Source: Candidatus Limnocylindrales bacterium
GTDB taxonomy: Bacteria > Chloroflexota > Limnocylindria > Limnocylindrales > CSP1-4
Assembly (NCBI GenBank): GCA_025450915.1
Contig: JANWLH010000128.1
Coordinates: forward strand, 1-52,054
DNA length: 52,054 bases
Direction: 5' to 3'
Of this stretch, positions 31,841-41,768 are shown piece by piece. The translations under genes were made by a program, and so were the position numbers. The first letter of the stretch is position 1, and every line of letters starts with the position of its first letter. Under the pieces are notes generated by a model. That model was given only the letters and a program-made list of their open reading frames with translations. It was not told the DNA's origin and searched no databases.

Positions 31841-33318
31841 CCACGATCAGCCAGGTCCCCCAGCCCACGAAGATCGTCTTCGGCACCGACGGCTGGCGGT
31901 CGAAGGTTGCCGACGACTACACCTTCGAGAACGTCCGGCGCTGCGCCGACGGCGTCGCGAAGTACGTCGTCGGCCGGGGCGAGCAGGCCAAGGGCGTCGT
32001 GATCGCGTATGACCGGCGCTTCGCGTCCGAGCACTTCGCCGCGGCCGCGGCCGAGGTGCTGATGGCCCAGGACATTCCCGTCGCGTTCGCCCGGCATGCC
32101 GTGCCCACCCAGATGTCGTCATATGAAGTCGTCGAGCGCGGCAGCGCGGCCGGAATCGTCATCACCGCCAGCCACAACCCGTGGACCGACAACGGCTTCA
32201 AGGTCAAGGCACCGACCGGCTCGGCGGCCGGGCCCGAGATCCTGGCCGTCCTCGAGGCGACGATCGCCACGAACGGTGGAACGGCCATCCCACGCCGGCC
32301 GTTCGCCGACGCCGAGGCGGCCGGCCTCGTCGACTGGTACGACCCCTACCCGGGCTACGAGCAGTACGTCCGGCGGACGGTCGATCTCGACGCGCTCAAG
32401 GCAGCCGACGTGAGCGTCCTCGTCGACCCGATGTACGGCGCCGGTGCCGACTGGCTGCCGCGCCTCCTGGCCGGCGGCAAGATCCGGATTCGCGAGATCC
32501 ACAGTGAGCGGAACCCGTACTTCGGCGGGATCAACCCCGAGCCGATCCGGCCGAACGTCGATGAGGCGCTGGGGATCCTGGCCGGCGGTGGCTACGACAT
32601 GGGCCTGCTCCTCGACGGCGACGCCGACCGGGCCGGGGCCGCCGACGAGCAGGGCAACTTCATCCATCAGCTCGAGGTCACGGGGCTGCTGATGTACTAC
32701 CTCGCGGAGCATCGCGGCTGGCGCGACCCGATCGTCGAGAGTGTCAACAACACGTCGATGGCCCGGACCCTGGGCAAGCATTACGGCATCCCGGTCTACG
32801 AGACCTCGGTGGGCTTCAAGTTCATCGGCCCGAAGATGATCGAGACGGGGGCGATGATGGGCGCCGAGGAATCCGGCGGCTACGGCTTCGGGATGCACCT
32901 GCCCGAGCGCGACGGCGTCTACGCCGACCTGCTCCTGCTCGACCTGTTCCTGCGCGAGAAGGCCGCTGGCCGCTGGCCGGTCTCGAAGGCCCTGGCGGCG
33001 TTCCACGAGCTGGCCGGGCCGTCGTTCTATCGGCGGATCGACGTCCATGTCGAGGCCGGCCTGTACCCCGCGGTGAAGGAACGGCTGATGGTCGAGCTCA
33101 AGGCCCACGCGCCGGCGACCCTGGCCGGTGCGCCGGTCATCCGGACCGACGCGCTCACGACGAACGACGGCTTCAAGTTCTTCACCGCCGACGGGTCGTG
33201 GATGCTGATCCGGTTCAGCGGTACCGAGCCGCTCGTGCGGGTCTACACGGAGGCGGTCACCGGCGAGATCCGCGACGAGATGGTCAAGGCCGGCGAGGCC
33301 CTGGTCCGTGCCGCCTGA
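31837..33318 (+). CDS. Phosphoglucomutase/phosphomannomutase
   Basis: FGTDGWR, TASHNP, DGDADR, EESGG and RFSGTEP. Confidence 0.95.
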   Translation: MTTISQVPQPTKIVFGTDGWRSKVADDYTFENVRRCADGVAKYVVGRGEQAKGVVIAYDRRFASEHFAAAAAEVLMAQDIPVAFARHAVPTQMSSYEVVERGSAAGIVITASHNPWTDNGFKVKAPTGSAAGPEILAVLEATIATNGGTAIPRRPFADAEAAGLVDWYDPYPGYEQYVRRTVDLDALKAADVSVLVDPMYGAGADWLPRLLAGGKIRIREIHSERNPYFGGINPEPIRPNVDEALGILAGGGYDMGLLLDGDADRAGAADEQGNFIHQLEVTGLLMYYLAEHRGWRDPIVESVNNTSMARTLGKHYGIPVYETSVGFKFIGPKMIETGAMMGAEESGGYGFGMHLPERDGVYADLLLLDLFLREKAAGRWPVSKALAAFHELAGPSFYRRIDVHVEAGLYPAVKERLMVELKAHAPATLAGAPVIRTDALTTNDGFKFFTADGSWMLIRFSGTEPLVRVYTEAVTGEIRDEMVKAGEALVRAA

Positions 33319-33679
33319 GGCCGAGCGGCGGGTCCCCAAGCCCTGGGGCCACGAGCTGATCTGGACCCAGACCGATCGCTACGTCGGCAAGCTGATCGTC
33401 ATCGAGGCCGGCAAGCGGCTCTCGCTCCAGAAGCACCTGCGCAAGGATGAGTCGATCCTCGTCGTTTCGGGCCGGTTGAATCTCAGCCTCGAGGACCAGG
33501 ACGGGAAGATCGAGCAGATCGAGATGGGGCCCGGCGATCACCACCGAATCCCGGTAGGCCGGATCCACCGGTTCGCCGCGATCGAGCGCACCGAGCTCGT
33601 CGAGGTGTCGACACCGGAGCTCGACGACGTGATCCGGATCGAGGACGACTTCGGGCGCCAGGGCACGAGCAACCCGTAG
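33308..33679 (+). CDS. Stand-alone cupin (type II mannose-6-phosphate isomerase-like)
   Basis: KPWG, RLSLQKH, HRF and EVSTPELDDVIRIEDDFGR resemble the ManC C-terminal cupin. Confidence 0.8.
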   Translation: MPPEAERRVPKPWGHELIWTQTDRYVGKLIVIEAGKRLSLQKHLRKDESILVVSGRLNLSLEDQDGKIEQIEMGPGDHHRIPVGRIHRFAAIERTELVEVSTPELDDVIRIEDDFGRQGTSNP

Positions 33680-33816
33680 ACCGGCAACTCGCAGACCAGC
33701 CACCACTGGACGGGCGGGAGTATCGTTGGGGGAGCGACCGCCATCACCGGTCGATCGTGCAGGATCGGACGGCGGCCTCGTCAACGCCCGGGACAGGGCG
33801 ATGGAGGTCCAGGCGC

Positions 33817-34092
33817 ATGCACAGTTCGCTCATCGGCAAGGTCGAGAAGGCAAATCGCTATGCCCGCGAGCTCGATCGGGTCTCGATCGACCAGCTTTCA
33901 CTGACGTTCCGTGGCGACAACGACACCCATCACGTCACCCTGAGCTCCGGTAAGTGGCGCTGCACCTGCCACTATTTCGAGAGCTGGGGCAGCTGCGTGC
34001 ATCTCCTCACGATCCACAAGATGCTGGGGGTGATGGTCCCGGCGGAACCGGACTTCCTCGTGTCCCATGAACCCCAGGCCGTCACGGCCTGA
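33817..34092 (+). CDS. Small SWIM-type zinc-finger protein
   Basis: GGAGG RBS; CTC-x8-CVH motif. Confidence 0.75.
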   Translation: MHSSLIGKVEKANRYARELDRVSIDQLSLTFRGDNDTHHVTLSSGKWRCTCHYFESWGSCVHLLTIHKMLGVMVPAEPDFLVSHEPQAVTA

Positions 34093-34102
34093 GTCGCGGC
34101 GG

Positions 34103-35089
34103 TCAGCGGACCGCCAACCAGCTCACGACCGCCCGGTTCGCCCCACGCGGGAGCTCGAACCGGGCGATCTCATGCCAGGGACGATCGAGCGCGACGATCC
34201 GGATCGCTGCCGCATCGCCGTTCGCATCGGCCAGCACGATGGCCAGCTCCTGACCGTCGGGTGACGGCACGGCCACCAGGGCCGCTCCCTCCGTCGAACC
34301 GCCGGGCAGCGCAGGCGGCGCCACTCCGGCCAGCCAGGCCGCAACTCGTCCGGCGTGCGCGATTCCGCCGGCATCGATCGTCGCCACGACGCCGGCCGCC
34401 GTCCCGATCGAGCGCGGCGGCGGCACATCGAGCGTCGTGATCCGCCCGGTCTGCGGATCGACGAGCAGGGTCTCGGGCCGATCCGCGCGATCACGGCCGA
34501 CGACCGCGAGCCGGCCGTCGGGCAGCCACGCGGGCGCACCCTCGGCCGGCCGCGCCAGGGTGATCGACCGAGTCTCGCCGCCGTCCCAGGCTGCCACAGT
34601 CACGCGCCCGGGACCACCCGAACCTGGGTTGCCCTCGACGAAGGCCAGCCGCCGCTGGCCGGGGATGCCGGCGGCCGCCGACGCCGGTTCGAGGGTCGCG
34701 AACGCGCGCAACGGTTGGGAGCCGGCGAGAGTGCCGGGTGGCGGCGCAAGGTCGGTCAGGCTGCCGACCAGGAGCCGTCCGTCGAGGGTCGTCACGACGA
34801 AGCTCGAGCCATCGCCCGACAGCCAGGCCGCGTCGGGCGGCAGTGTCACGCGGTCGATGGGTCCGAGGCCTCCGCCCCTGACGTCCGCCGCGACGAGCGC
34901 CATGGCCCCGACCGTCCCGACCAGGGCCACCAGCCGCGGTGCGCCGGCAGCGGGCGCGCTCGCGACCGGACTCGCATCCGGACTCGGTCGGGCCATTGGG
35001 CGGGATGAGGTCGGGACGGCCGCGCACGCGGCCACGCAGGTGCCGACGAGCGCAACCGCCCCGATGATCGACACAAGTCGACGGATCAC
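34103..35089 (-). CDS. Hypothetical lipoprotein, possibly beta-propeller
   Basis: VAAC lipobox; repeated WLSGDG, WLPDG and PSPDG turns; overlaps the upstream stop. Confidence 0.65.
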   Translation of the reverse strand: MIRRLVSIIGAVALVGTCVAACAAVPTSSRPMARPSPDASPVASAPAAGAPRLVALVGTVGAMALVAADVRGGGLGPIDRVTLPPDAAWLSGDGSSFVVTTLDGRLLVGSLTDLAPPPGTLAGSQPLRAFATLEPASAAAGIPGQRRLAFVEGNPGSGGPGRVTVAAWDGGETRSITLARPAEGAPAWLPDGRLAVVGRDRADRPETLLVDPQTGRITTLDVPPPRSIGTAAGVVATIDAGGIAHAGRVAAWLAGVAPPALPGGSTEGAALVAVPSPDGQELAIVLADANGDAAAIRIVALDRPWHEIARFELPRGANRAVVSWLAVR

Positions 35090-35961
35090 TCGAGGACGTC
35101 ACCGCCGAGGGGCAGCCCGGTGCCGGCATCGAACGCCAGCTCGAGCCCGGCCAGCTGTCCGGCGAGCGCCCCGCTCGTCGTGACCCGCACGACCCAGGCC
35201 AGGCGGAGGGTGCCTGCCGGTCCGGCCGGGAGCGGATCGCCGAACGTGTCGTTCGGGGCAACCCAGGCCTTGGCCACCGACGCGACCGTCGCCTCGCCCT
35301 GGACTTCGCCCGTGAACCAGGCCGCCAGCCGCGCGTCGGCGAGGAGCCGAACGCGAGCCTCGTCGATCGTGCTTGCCGGAGCCGGGGCCAGTGGGTGCTC
35401 CGTTCGGACGATCGCGTGAAACGCCCCGTCCCCCGCGACCTGGACCGTGACACCGTCGCCGGGCGCCGGGACCGAACCGATCAGGCGGGGCCAGCGAACC
35501 AGCCAGCCACCGGCTGCCCGGGCCGTGACGGCCGGAGAGCCGGTGACGGCCACGCCGAGGTGGCTCGCGATCGTCGCCGCTCCGGCCGCGGCCGCACCCT
35601 GCGTGACGGGCGTGCCGGTCGGCAGCGCGTAACCGAGGCGGACCGACGACACGAGGTTGCCCGACAGGTCGAAGCGGGTGATGGCCGTGGGCATGCCGCC
35701 CAGATCGAGATCCGTGACCTCGTCGAGCGACTCGCCGGTCGCGGTGTCGGTGACCCGGGCGACGCTCCGGCCGGCCGGGACCGGCAGGCCGAGCCGCTCG
35801 TCGACGACGGTGGCCAGGGCTGTCGTCGTGGCCGCGGCAACTGCCGTCAGGTCCATCCGGCCTGCGTTGGGCCACCGGGTCTCCCCGATGAGCATCGACC
35901 CACCTCCGACGACGAGCAGACTGACGATGGCGATCGGCCAGGCACGACGCCGCGCGCTCAC
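35086..35961 (-). CDS. Membrane-anchored or secreted protein with PepSY/FTP-like region
   Basis: N-terminal hydrophobic helix; LRLAWVVRV...LAFDAGTG resembles the PepSY signature; GTGA coupling. Confidence 0.6.
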   Translation of the reverse strand: MSARRRAWPIAIVSLLVVGGGSMLIGETRWPNAGRMDLTAVAAATTTALATVVDERLGLPVPAGRSVARVTDTATGESLDEVTDLDLGGMPTAITRFDLSGNLVSSVRLGYALPTGTPVTQGAAAAGAATIASHLGVAVTGSPAVTARAAGGWLVRWPRLIGSVPAPGDGVTVQVAGDGAFHAIVRTEHPLAPAPASTIDEARVRLLADARLAAWFTGEVQGEATVASVAKAWVAPNDTFGDPLPAGPAGTLRLAWVVRVTTSGALAGQLAGLELAFDAGTGLPLGGDVLE

Positions 35962-36722
35962 TGGTTGCCTCCTGCGACGAGGCAGCGCTGGCAGCCGGTG
36001 GCCGCGCCGGCCCGGCCGGACCACGTGTACGTTCCCCACCAGTCGGCATCGAGGGGATGGGTGAAGTTCTGGTCGGCACCGAGATCGAACGCCGCGCCGA
36101 CGCTCAAGCCGCGCTCCAGGGCCGACCAGAAGGCCTTCTCGAACGTCTGCTCGTCGTTGTCGTAGGCGATCCCGGCATAGCCCAGGTAGAAGTGGCTGCC
36201 GCCGGTCTGGGATTTCGTCCGCGAGATCCCGAAGGCCCCCGGGAGCGTCGTTGCCGGATCGGCGTTGTGACAGGTGGAGACCACCACCAGGTTCGTGAAC
36301 CGGCCGGCCCGGGCCGCGGCGATCTCCGAGGAGAAGATGACGGCCTGGTTGCAGTCGCCCGAGTCCTCGCGGAAGCCGTTGTAGCGTCGCTGGGCCGCGG
36401 CATTCCAGTACTCGTCACCGTGCGAGTGGACGTAGAAGCCGTAGTCGTTGACGGTCCGGGCGAGAACCGCGGCACGGTTGAAGCCCGTGCCCGAGAAGCT
36501 CGAGACGGCATAGCCGAGCGAGCGCAGCCCGGTCACGGCCAGCGACAGCATCTGGGCCGGATGGCTGTCCGAGAATCCGACGCACGGACCCCGGAAGGCC
36601 GACACGTTCGAGTCCGCGCTGGCCTGGTAGCTGGCGAGCGCCGGCCTGGCCGATGGACCGAGCAGGACAATGACGGCGAGCAATGGCAGGACGGCGCGCG
36701 GCAATCGCACGCGAGCACCCAC
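35958..36722 (-). CDS. Secreted caspase/CHAT-fold (clan CD-like) putative cysteine peptidase
   Basis: GGAGG RBS, signal peptide ending ALA, FYVHSHG and LVVVSTC motifs, and FW.AL..G.SV..AF helix. Confidence 0.62.
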   Translation of the reverse strand: MGARVRLPRAVLPLLAVIVLLGPSARPALASYQASADSNVSAFRGPCVGFSDSHPAQMLSLAVTGLRSLGYAVSSFSGTGFNRAAVLARTVNDYGFYVHSHGDEYWNAAAQRRYNGFREDSGDCNQAVIFSSEIAAARAGRFTNLVVVSTCHNADPATTLPGAFGISRTKSQTGGSHFYLGYAGIAYDNDEQTFEKAFWSALERGLSVGAAFDLGADQNFTHPLDADWWGTYTWSGRAGAATGCQRCLVAGGNQ

Positions 36723-36918
36723 GAGAACCTCCTCCGGCAGGATCCGCGGCGGACCGTTCGGGCGGGGAATGCGGCGGCGATCTGGGTTGTCGGCGGCACG
36801 ATCGAGCGAGGATTGCAGGCCGGCCTTATCTGCCGGACATCGCCTCGTGGCGTTCGAATTGGGCTCGGGCGGCCCGCGATCGTTGACCGCCGTCACCGCC
36901 GGCGGCTAGGCTTGGCGG

Positions 36919-37623
36919 GTGACGCCCTTGCGCCCACGGACGGCCGGGACCGTCCGGCTCCCCCTGCTCCTGGCCGCCGGATTGCTTGTCCTGTCCGGCT
37001 GCGGCCTCGGCACGCCGACGACCGCGCCGGCCACCGCAGGCGGCACCAGCCAGCCCCCGAGCCTCTCACCCAGCACCGAGCCCAGCGTCGGGCCGAGCGT
37101 TCCGCCAAGTGACGAGCCGAGCGCATCGGCGTCGGCCGGTCCCAGCCCGAGCGAAGTTGTCGAGCCGTCGCCGTCCGAGGCGGGCGAATCGCCGAGCCCG
37201 TCGAGCTCGGCCGCCGTCTGCTCAGGCGCCAAGGACACGCCCGATTTCTACGAGGCATTCGCCGGATCCGTCAGCTTCCCGGTCTACTGCGCGGTCCTGC
37301 CCGCGGGCTGGTCGCTCGTCTCGGGGCAGTACCGGCTCGCGAACGGGGGGCACATCACGATCAGCTTCCGGCGCAAGGCAGACAACGCGACGTTCGAGCT
37401 CGACGAGGGCTCGTTCTGCGCCGACAGCACTGGCTGCGTACCGGCCGGCACGGCCAGTGGCTCGGGCCCGTTCGGTGACCTGAGCGGCAACCTCGTCCAG
37501 ACCTCGAGCGGCTTCGCCCTGGTCGTCGCAAAAGGCGAGAAGCCGAGCTGGCTGGCGATCGGCAACGGCCTCGACCAGGCAGCGTTCCTCGCCCTGACGG
37601 GCGCCCTGCACGCGGTCAACTAG
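36919..37623 (+). CDS. Ser/Pro-rich lipoprotein
   Basis: LSGC lipobox, long S/P/E linker and PVYCAVLPAGW domain. Confidence 0.72.
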   Translation: MTPLRPRTAGTVRLPLLLAAGLLVLSGCGLGTPTTAPATAGGTSQPPSLSPSTEPSVGPSVPPSDEPSASASAGPSPSEVVEPSPSEAGESPSPSSSAAVCSGAKDTPDFYEAFAGSVSFPVYCAVLPAGWSLVSGQYRLANGGHITISFRRKADNATFELDEGSFCADSTGCVPAGTASGSGPFGDLSGNLVQTSSGFALVVAKGEKPSWLAIGNGLDQAAFLALTGALHAVN

Positions 37624-37638
37624 CCCGCCGGCGACCCG

Positions 37639-38766
37639 ATGAAGATCGCCGACTTCGAGCTCGAGCGCTATTTCGCCCGCTGGGAGTTCGCGGTCCGGCA
37701 CCTCCTGTGTGCCTCGGACCTCGAGGGGTACCCGATGGCCGCGCTGCTCGAGCTCGCCGACGACGAGACCCGCGGGCTGTGGCACGACCTCCGGCTGGGC
37801 TATACCGAATCGAGCGGCCACCCGCTCCTGCGGGCCGCGATTGCCGGCCTGTACGAGACGGTCGACCCCGACGAGGTCCTCGTCTTCTCGGGTGCCGAGG
37901 AAGCGATCTACTGCCTGCTGAGCGTCGCCGTGGGCGCCGGCGATCACGTGATCGTGACCTGGCCTGGCTACCAGAGCCTCTACGAGGTGGCCCGGGTGGC
38001 CGGTGCCGACGTCAGCCTCCACGAGCTCCGGCAGGCCGACGGCTGGGCGCTCGACGTCGACCGGATTCGGGCCGCCGTCCGGCCAACGACCCGCCTGATC
38101 GTCGTGAATGCTCCGCACAACCCGACCGGGATGCTGCCATCCCACGCCGAATGGCGGACGCTGACCGAGCTGTGCGCCGAGGCCGGCGTGACGCTTTTCG
38201 CCGACGAGGTCTACCGGTTCCTCGAATACGACGACGCCGACCGCCTGCCGGCGGGCGCCGACGCCCTGCCGGCCGGGATCAGCCTGGGCGTGATGTCGAA
38301 GTCGTTCGCGATGGCCGGCCTGCGAATCGGCTGGCTGGCGACCCACGATCGGGCCCTGCTCGAGCGCTGCGCGAGCTTCAAGGACTACACCACGATCTGC
38401 CCGTCTGCCCCGGCCGAGATCCTCAGCCTGATCGGGCTCCGGGCCCGCACGAGCGTCCTCGAGCGATCGCGGGCGATCATTTCCACGAACCTTGCCGTCC
38501 TCGATCGGCTGGTCGCCGAGCGACCCGAGATCCTGACCTGGGTCCGGCCGCGGGCGGGCTCGGTCGCCTATCCGGAGCTGACCCTGGCCGGCCGGTTCAC
38601 GGGCTGGGACGCGGATCGATTCGCGGCCGAGCTCGTCGAGGCGGAGGGCGTCCTCCTCCTTCCGGGTTCGCGCTTCGGCCAGCCCGGCAACCACGTCCGG
38701 CTCGGCTTCGGGCGGCTCGACCTGCCGGAGGCGGTCGCGGGCCTGGAGCGCTTCGCCGCCGGCTGA
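37639..38766 (+). CDS. PLP-dependent aminotransferase class I/II
   Basis: NAPHNPTG, DEVY and MSKSFAMAGLRIGW. Confidence 0.92.
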   Translation: MKIADFELERYFARWEFAVRHLLCASDLEGYPMAALLELADDETRGLWHDLRLGYTESSGHPLLRAAIAGLYETVDPDEVLVFSGAEEAIYCLLSVAVGAGDHVIVTWPGYQSLYEVARVAGADVSLHELRQADGWALDVDRIRAAVRPTTRLIVVNAPHNPTGMLPSHAEWRTLTELCAEAGVTLFADEVYRFLEYDDADRLPAGADALPAGISLGVMSKSFAMAGLRIGWLATHDRALLERCASFKDYTTICPSAPAEILSLIGLRARTSVLERSRAIISTNLAVLDRLVAERPEILTWVRPRAGSVAYPELTLAGRFTGWDADRFAAELVEAEGVLLLPGSRFGQPGNHVRLGFGRLDLPEAVAGLERFAAG

Positions 38767-38770
38767 GGGA

Positions 38771-39535
38771 TCAGGCCGGGGTCGCGCTCGACGCTGCCAC
38801 GAATCTGAATGACGACCTGGCGCGGAGCCGGGCGAGGGCTGCGAGGACCGGCGGTCCCAGGGCCAGGATCATCAGCGCGTTCCCGACGCCGCGGAACGCG
38901 TCGTAGCCGGCCGACGTCAGCAGGTAGAACTGGCCGAACCGGGCGATCGTGCCGCCGGTGCCCAGCCCGGCGACGTAGCCGAGCTCGGGCGCGCCCTGGA
39001 AGAAGGCCCAGTCCCAGAGATCCATCGCCGCACCGAACGCGAAGCCAGCCACGATGCCGTACGCCGCCAGGAGGACGAAGTCGCGCCGGGTCGGCCGCCG
39101 GTCGAGGCCACCGCTGATGATCCCCGCTCCGAGCCCAACCCAGCCCGCGGCGAAGATCTGGTACGGCAGCCACGGCCCGAGGCCGCCGCTGACGATCGCC
39201 GATACGAGCATCGCGACGGTTCCTGTCAGGAAGCCATAGCTCGGGCCGAAGACGTAGCCGGCACACAGGACGAGGAAGAAGAACGGGCTGAAGCCGGCGA
39301 GGCCGGTGATCAGGGCCAGGCGCATCGCGGCGGCGAGGGCCGCCAGGCAGGCCAGCAGGGCGATGCCCTTGGCGTCGAGCCGTCGTGTTCCGATCTCGAT
39401 CGAGCCCAGGGCGACGATCGTCGCCAGGGCCACCGTCGCCGGGATCGATCCGCTCGGCGGCTCGATCCCGAGGTATGGCAGCAGGAAGAGCAGGCCGCCG
39501 ACGATCGACGCGAGGAGCAGCCCGGCGGCGGTCAC
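38771..39535 (-). CDS. ECF transporter S component (probably cobalamin, CbrT-like)
   Basis: FSPFFFLVLCAGYVFGPSYGF and GGLGPWLPYQ; lies in a B12 riboswitch operon. Confidence 0.85.
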   Translation of the reverse strand: MTAAGLLLASIVGGLLFLLPYLGIEPPSGSIPATVALATIVALGSIEIGTRRLDAKGIALLACLAALAAAMRLALITGLAGFSPFFFLVLCAGYVFGPSYGFLTGTVAMLVSAIVSGGLGPWLPYQIFAAGWVGLGAGIISGGLDRRPTRRDFVLLAAYGIVAGFAFGAAMDLWDWAFFQGAPELGYVAGLGTGGTIARFGQFYLLTSAGYDAFRGVGNALMILALGPPVLAALARLRARSSFRFVAASSATPA

Positions 39536-40956
39536 GACGCCTTCGCCTCGAGCACTGGGCCGACGGTTGGAGGCTCGGACTCCGTTACCCGGCCGTCCGC
39601 GATGACGAGCACGCGATCGGCGACCTCGGCAACCAGGTCCCGGTCGTGGGTCGCGACCACCACCGAGCAGCCGTCTGCCCGGAGGCGATCGAGCACCCGG
39701 GCGAGCGACCGGCGGGCGAGCTCGTCCATGCCCCGGGTCGGCTCATCGAGCAACGCGATCGCAGGGTTGCCGGCGAGGATGACCGCCAGCGCGCCGCGTT
39801 GCCGCTCGCCGGCGCTGAGATCGCGCGGGTCACGCTCCGCGAGCTCGGCCAGCCCGAATTCCGCGAGGGCGGCCCGGCCGGCGGCCTCCAGCTCGCCCTG
39901 ACCACGTGCTGGCCCAGGGCGATTGGTGGCCGCTCGCTCGAGCGTCCAGAGGACCTCGGCCAGCAGGCTCGGGCGGTGGAGGAGCGCCCCGGGATCCTGG
40001 GGCAGGTACGCGGTCCGGCCCGGGAGTCGGTCGACCGAGCCCGAGAGCGGCGGGAGCAGGCCGGCGATCGCCCGCAACAGCGTCGTCTTGCCGCTGCCGT
40101 TCGCACCGGTCAGGGCAAGGACCTCACCAGGCTGTCCGCTCAATCCGCCACAGGAGACCAGGGGAATGCCGCCGGGTCCGACGACGAGCTGATCGGTCGA
40201 CCAGGCCGGCTGATCCGCGCTTGCCGATCTCGCTGCCGGCGGCCGTAGCCGGGCCGGCGGTCCGACGAGGATCGGCCGCCCTGCCGGAGCGTCGACGCGG
40301 CCCCCGGCCAGCCTGACAAACGATGTGGCCACCGGCACCAGCCGCTCGAGCCGGTGCTCGGCGATCAGGATTGCGGTGCCACCGGCGGCGAGGTCGAGGC
40401 ACCCGTCGAGGACGGCCGCCTCGCCGCTTGCGTCCAGCTCTGAGGTCGGCTCATCGAGGACGATGAGTCGCGGCGCCATCGCGAGGACCGAGGCGATCGC
40501 CACGCGCTGGCGTTCGCCGCCGGACAGGGTGCCGACCCGTCGGTCGCGCAGGCCTTCGAGCCCGAGGCGTTCGAGCGCTGCGCCGACGCGCAGGACCATC
40601 GCGGCGCGGCCGATGCCCAGGTTCTCGAGCCCGAATGCGACCTCGCGCTCGACGCTGCCGTAGACGACCTGCCGCTCGGGGTCCTGGAAGACGAAGCCGA
40701 CGTCACGGGCGAGGACCCGGGTCGCCGTGCGGCTGACGTCGTGGCCGAAGACGGTCGCAGTCCCGCCGATCCGGCCGCCGTGGAAGTGGGGGATCAGGCC
40801 ATTGAACAGGCGCAGCAGCGACGACTTGCCGCCCCCGGAGGGTCCGACGACGACGGTCAGGCCGGGCTCGAGCTCGAGGTTCACATCGACCAGGGCGGGA
40901 ATCTCTCCCGGATACCAGTAGGAGAGATCGTCCAGGCTCGCGAGTGCGTCGCTCAT
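39532..40956 (-). CDS. ECF transporter tandem ABC ATPase
   Basis: Two Walker A motifs (GPSGGGKS, GANGSGKT), VFQDPERQ, LSGGE/LSAGE and two LDEPT. Confidence 0.92.
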   Translation of the reverse strand: MSDALASLDDLSYWYPGEIPALVDVNLELEPGLTVVVGPSGGGKSSLLRLFNGLIPHFHGGRIGGTATVFGHDVSRTATRVLARDVGFVFQDPERQVVYGSVEREVAFGLENLGIGRAAMVLRVGAALERLGLEGLRDRRVGTLSGGERQRVAIASVLAMAPRLIVLDEPTSELDASGEAAVLDGCLDLAAGGTAILIAEHRLERLVPVATSFVRLAGGRVDAPAGRPILVGPPARLRPPAARSASADQPAWSTDQLVVGPGGIPLVSCGGLSGQPGEVLALTGANGSGKTTLLRAIAGLLPPLSGSVDRLPGRTAYLPQDPGALLHRPSLLAEVLWTLERAATNRPGPARGQGELEAAGRAALAEFGLAELAERDPRDLSAGERQRGALAVILAGNPAIALLDEPTRGMDELARRSLARVLDRLRADGCSVVVATHDRDLVAEVADRVLVIADGRVTESEPPTVGPVLEAKAS

Positions 40957-41768
40957 GGCCAGATCGCCACGGCCGGCAGCAGCGCAGCGACGAACATGGC
41001 CGGGCTGACCGGGGGGATCGAGAGGCCCGGGTAGGGATACCAGTCGACGGCGACGCCGGCCGCCCGCGCCCACACGGCCAGGGCGATTGCGGCGACCGAG
41101 ACGACGACGACGATCGAGTCGCGCAGCCTCCAGGCCCGCGGCGCGTACCGGCTGCGCGGTCCCGAGCCGAACGCCCGCGACTCCATGGCTTCGGCGAGCT
41201 CGAGCGAGCCTTCGACGGCGGTGATCGCGACGGGCACGATGACGTCGGCCCACGACCGGAGGCCGGCTGGTCGCCAGCCGCGCATCGTCTGGGCGTCGCG
41301 CACCTGGCCGAACGACCGTCCGATCCCGGGCACCAGGTTGAGGGCCGCGGCTACGACGATGCCCGCCCGCTCGAGGACCTTGGGCAGCGCGTCGACGAGC
41401 TCGGCCGGCTCGAGGACGTAGGACAGCGGCGCGACGACGAGCACCGCCGCGGCCAGGCCCAGCGCGGCGTCGCTCCCGTAGGCGATCGATTCGAGGGTCC
41501 ATGGGCCACCGATGACCGGCCAGCCGCCGGGCAGCGAGATGAGCGCGGTATCACCAAGATGCCCGACCGCCACGTTGAGGAAGACGGCGCCAACGGTCGT
41601 GAATGCGATCGCCCGGACTAGGAAGCGGAGGTCCTGCTCGGGCCGGCTCCAGGTCCGCAGGACGTTGACCGCGATCAGGGCGATCAGGGCGCGATAGATC
41701 GGGTTCGTCGTGGACAGGGCGACGACGAGCCCGGCAAGCGACCAGACGATCAGGGCGCGGGCGTTCAC
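40953..41768 (-). CDS. ECF transporter transmembrane T component
   Basis: AQTMRG and AEAMESRAF motifs with TM helices. Confidence 0.9.
   Translation of the reverse strand: MNARALIVWSLAGLVVALSTTNPIYRALIALIAVNVLRTWSRPEQDLRFLVRAIAFTTVGAVFLNVAVGHLGDTALISLPGGWPVIGGPWTLESIAYGSDAALGLAAAVLVVAPLSYVLEPAELVDALPKVLERAGIVVAAALNLVPGIGRSFGQVRDAQTMRGWRPAGLRSWADVIVPVAITAVEGSLELAEAMESRAFGSGPRSRYAPRAWRLRDSIVVVVSVAAIALAVWARAAGVAVDWYPYPGLSIPPVSPAMFVAALLPAVAIWP

Noticed and set aside
36723-36906. Riboswitch upstream of the caspase-fold gene
   Set aside because: Only a short TCCGGCAG/CTGCCGGA inverted repeat is present and no known aptamer consensus was recognised.
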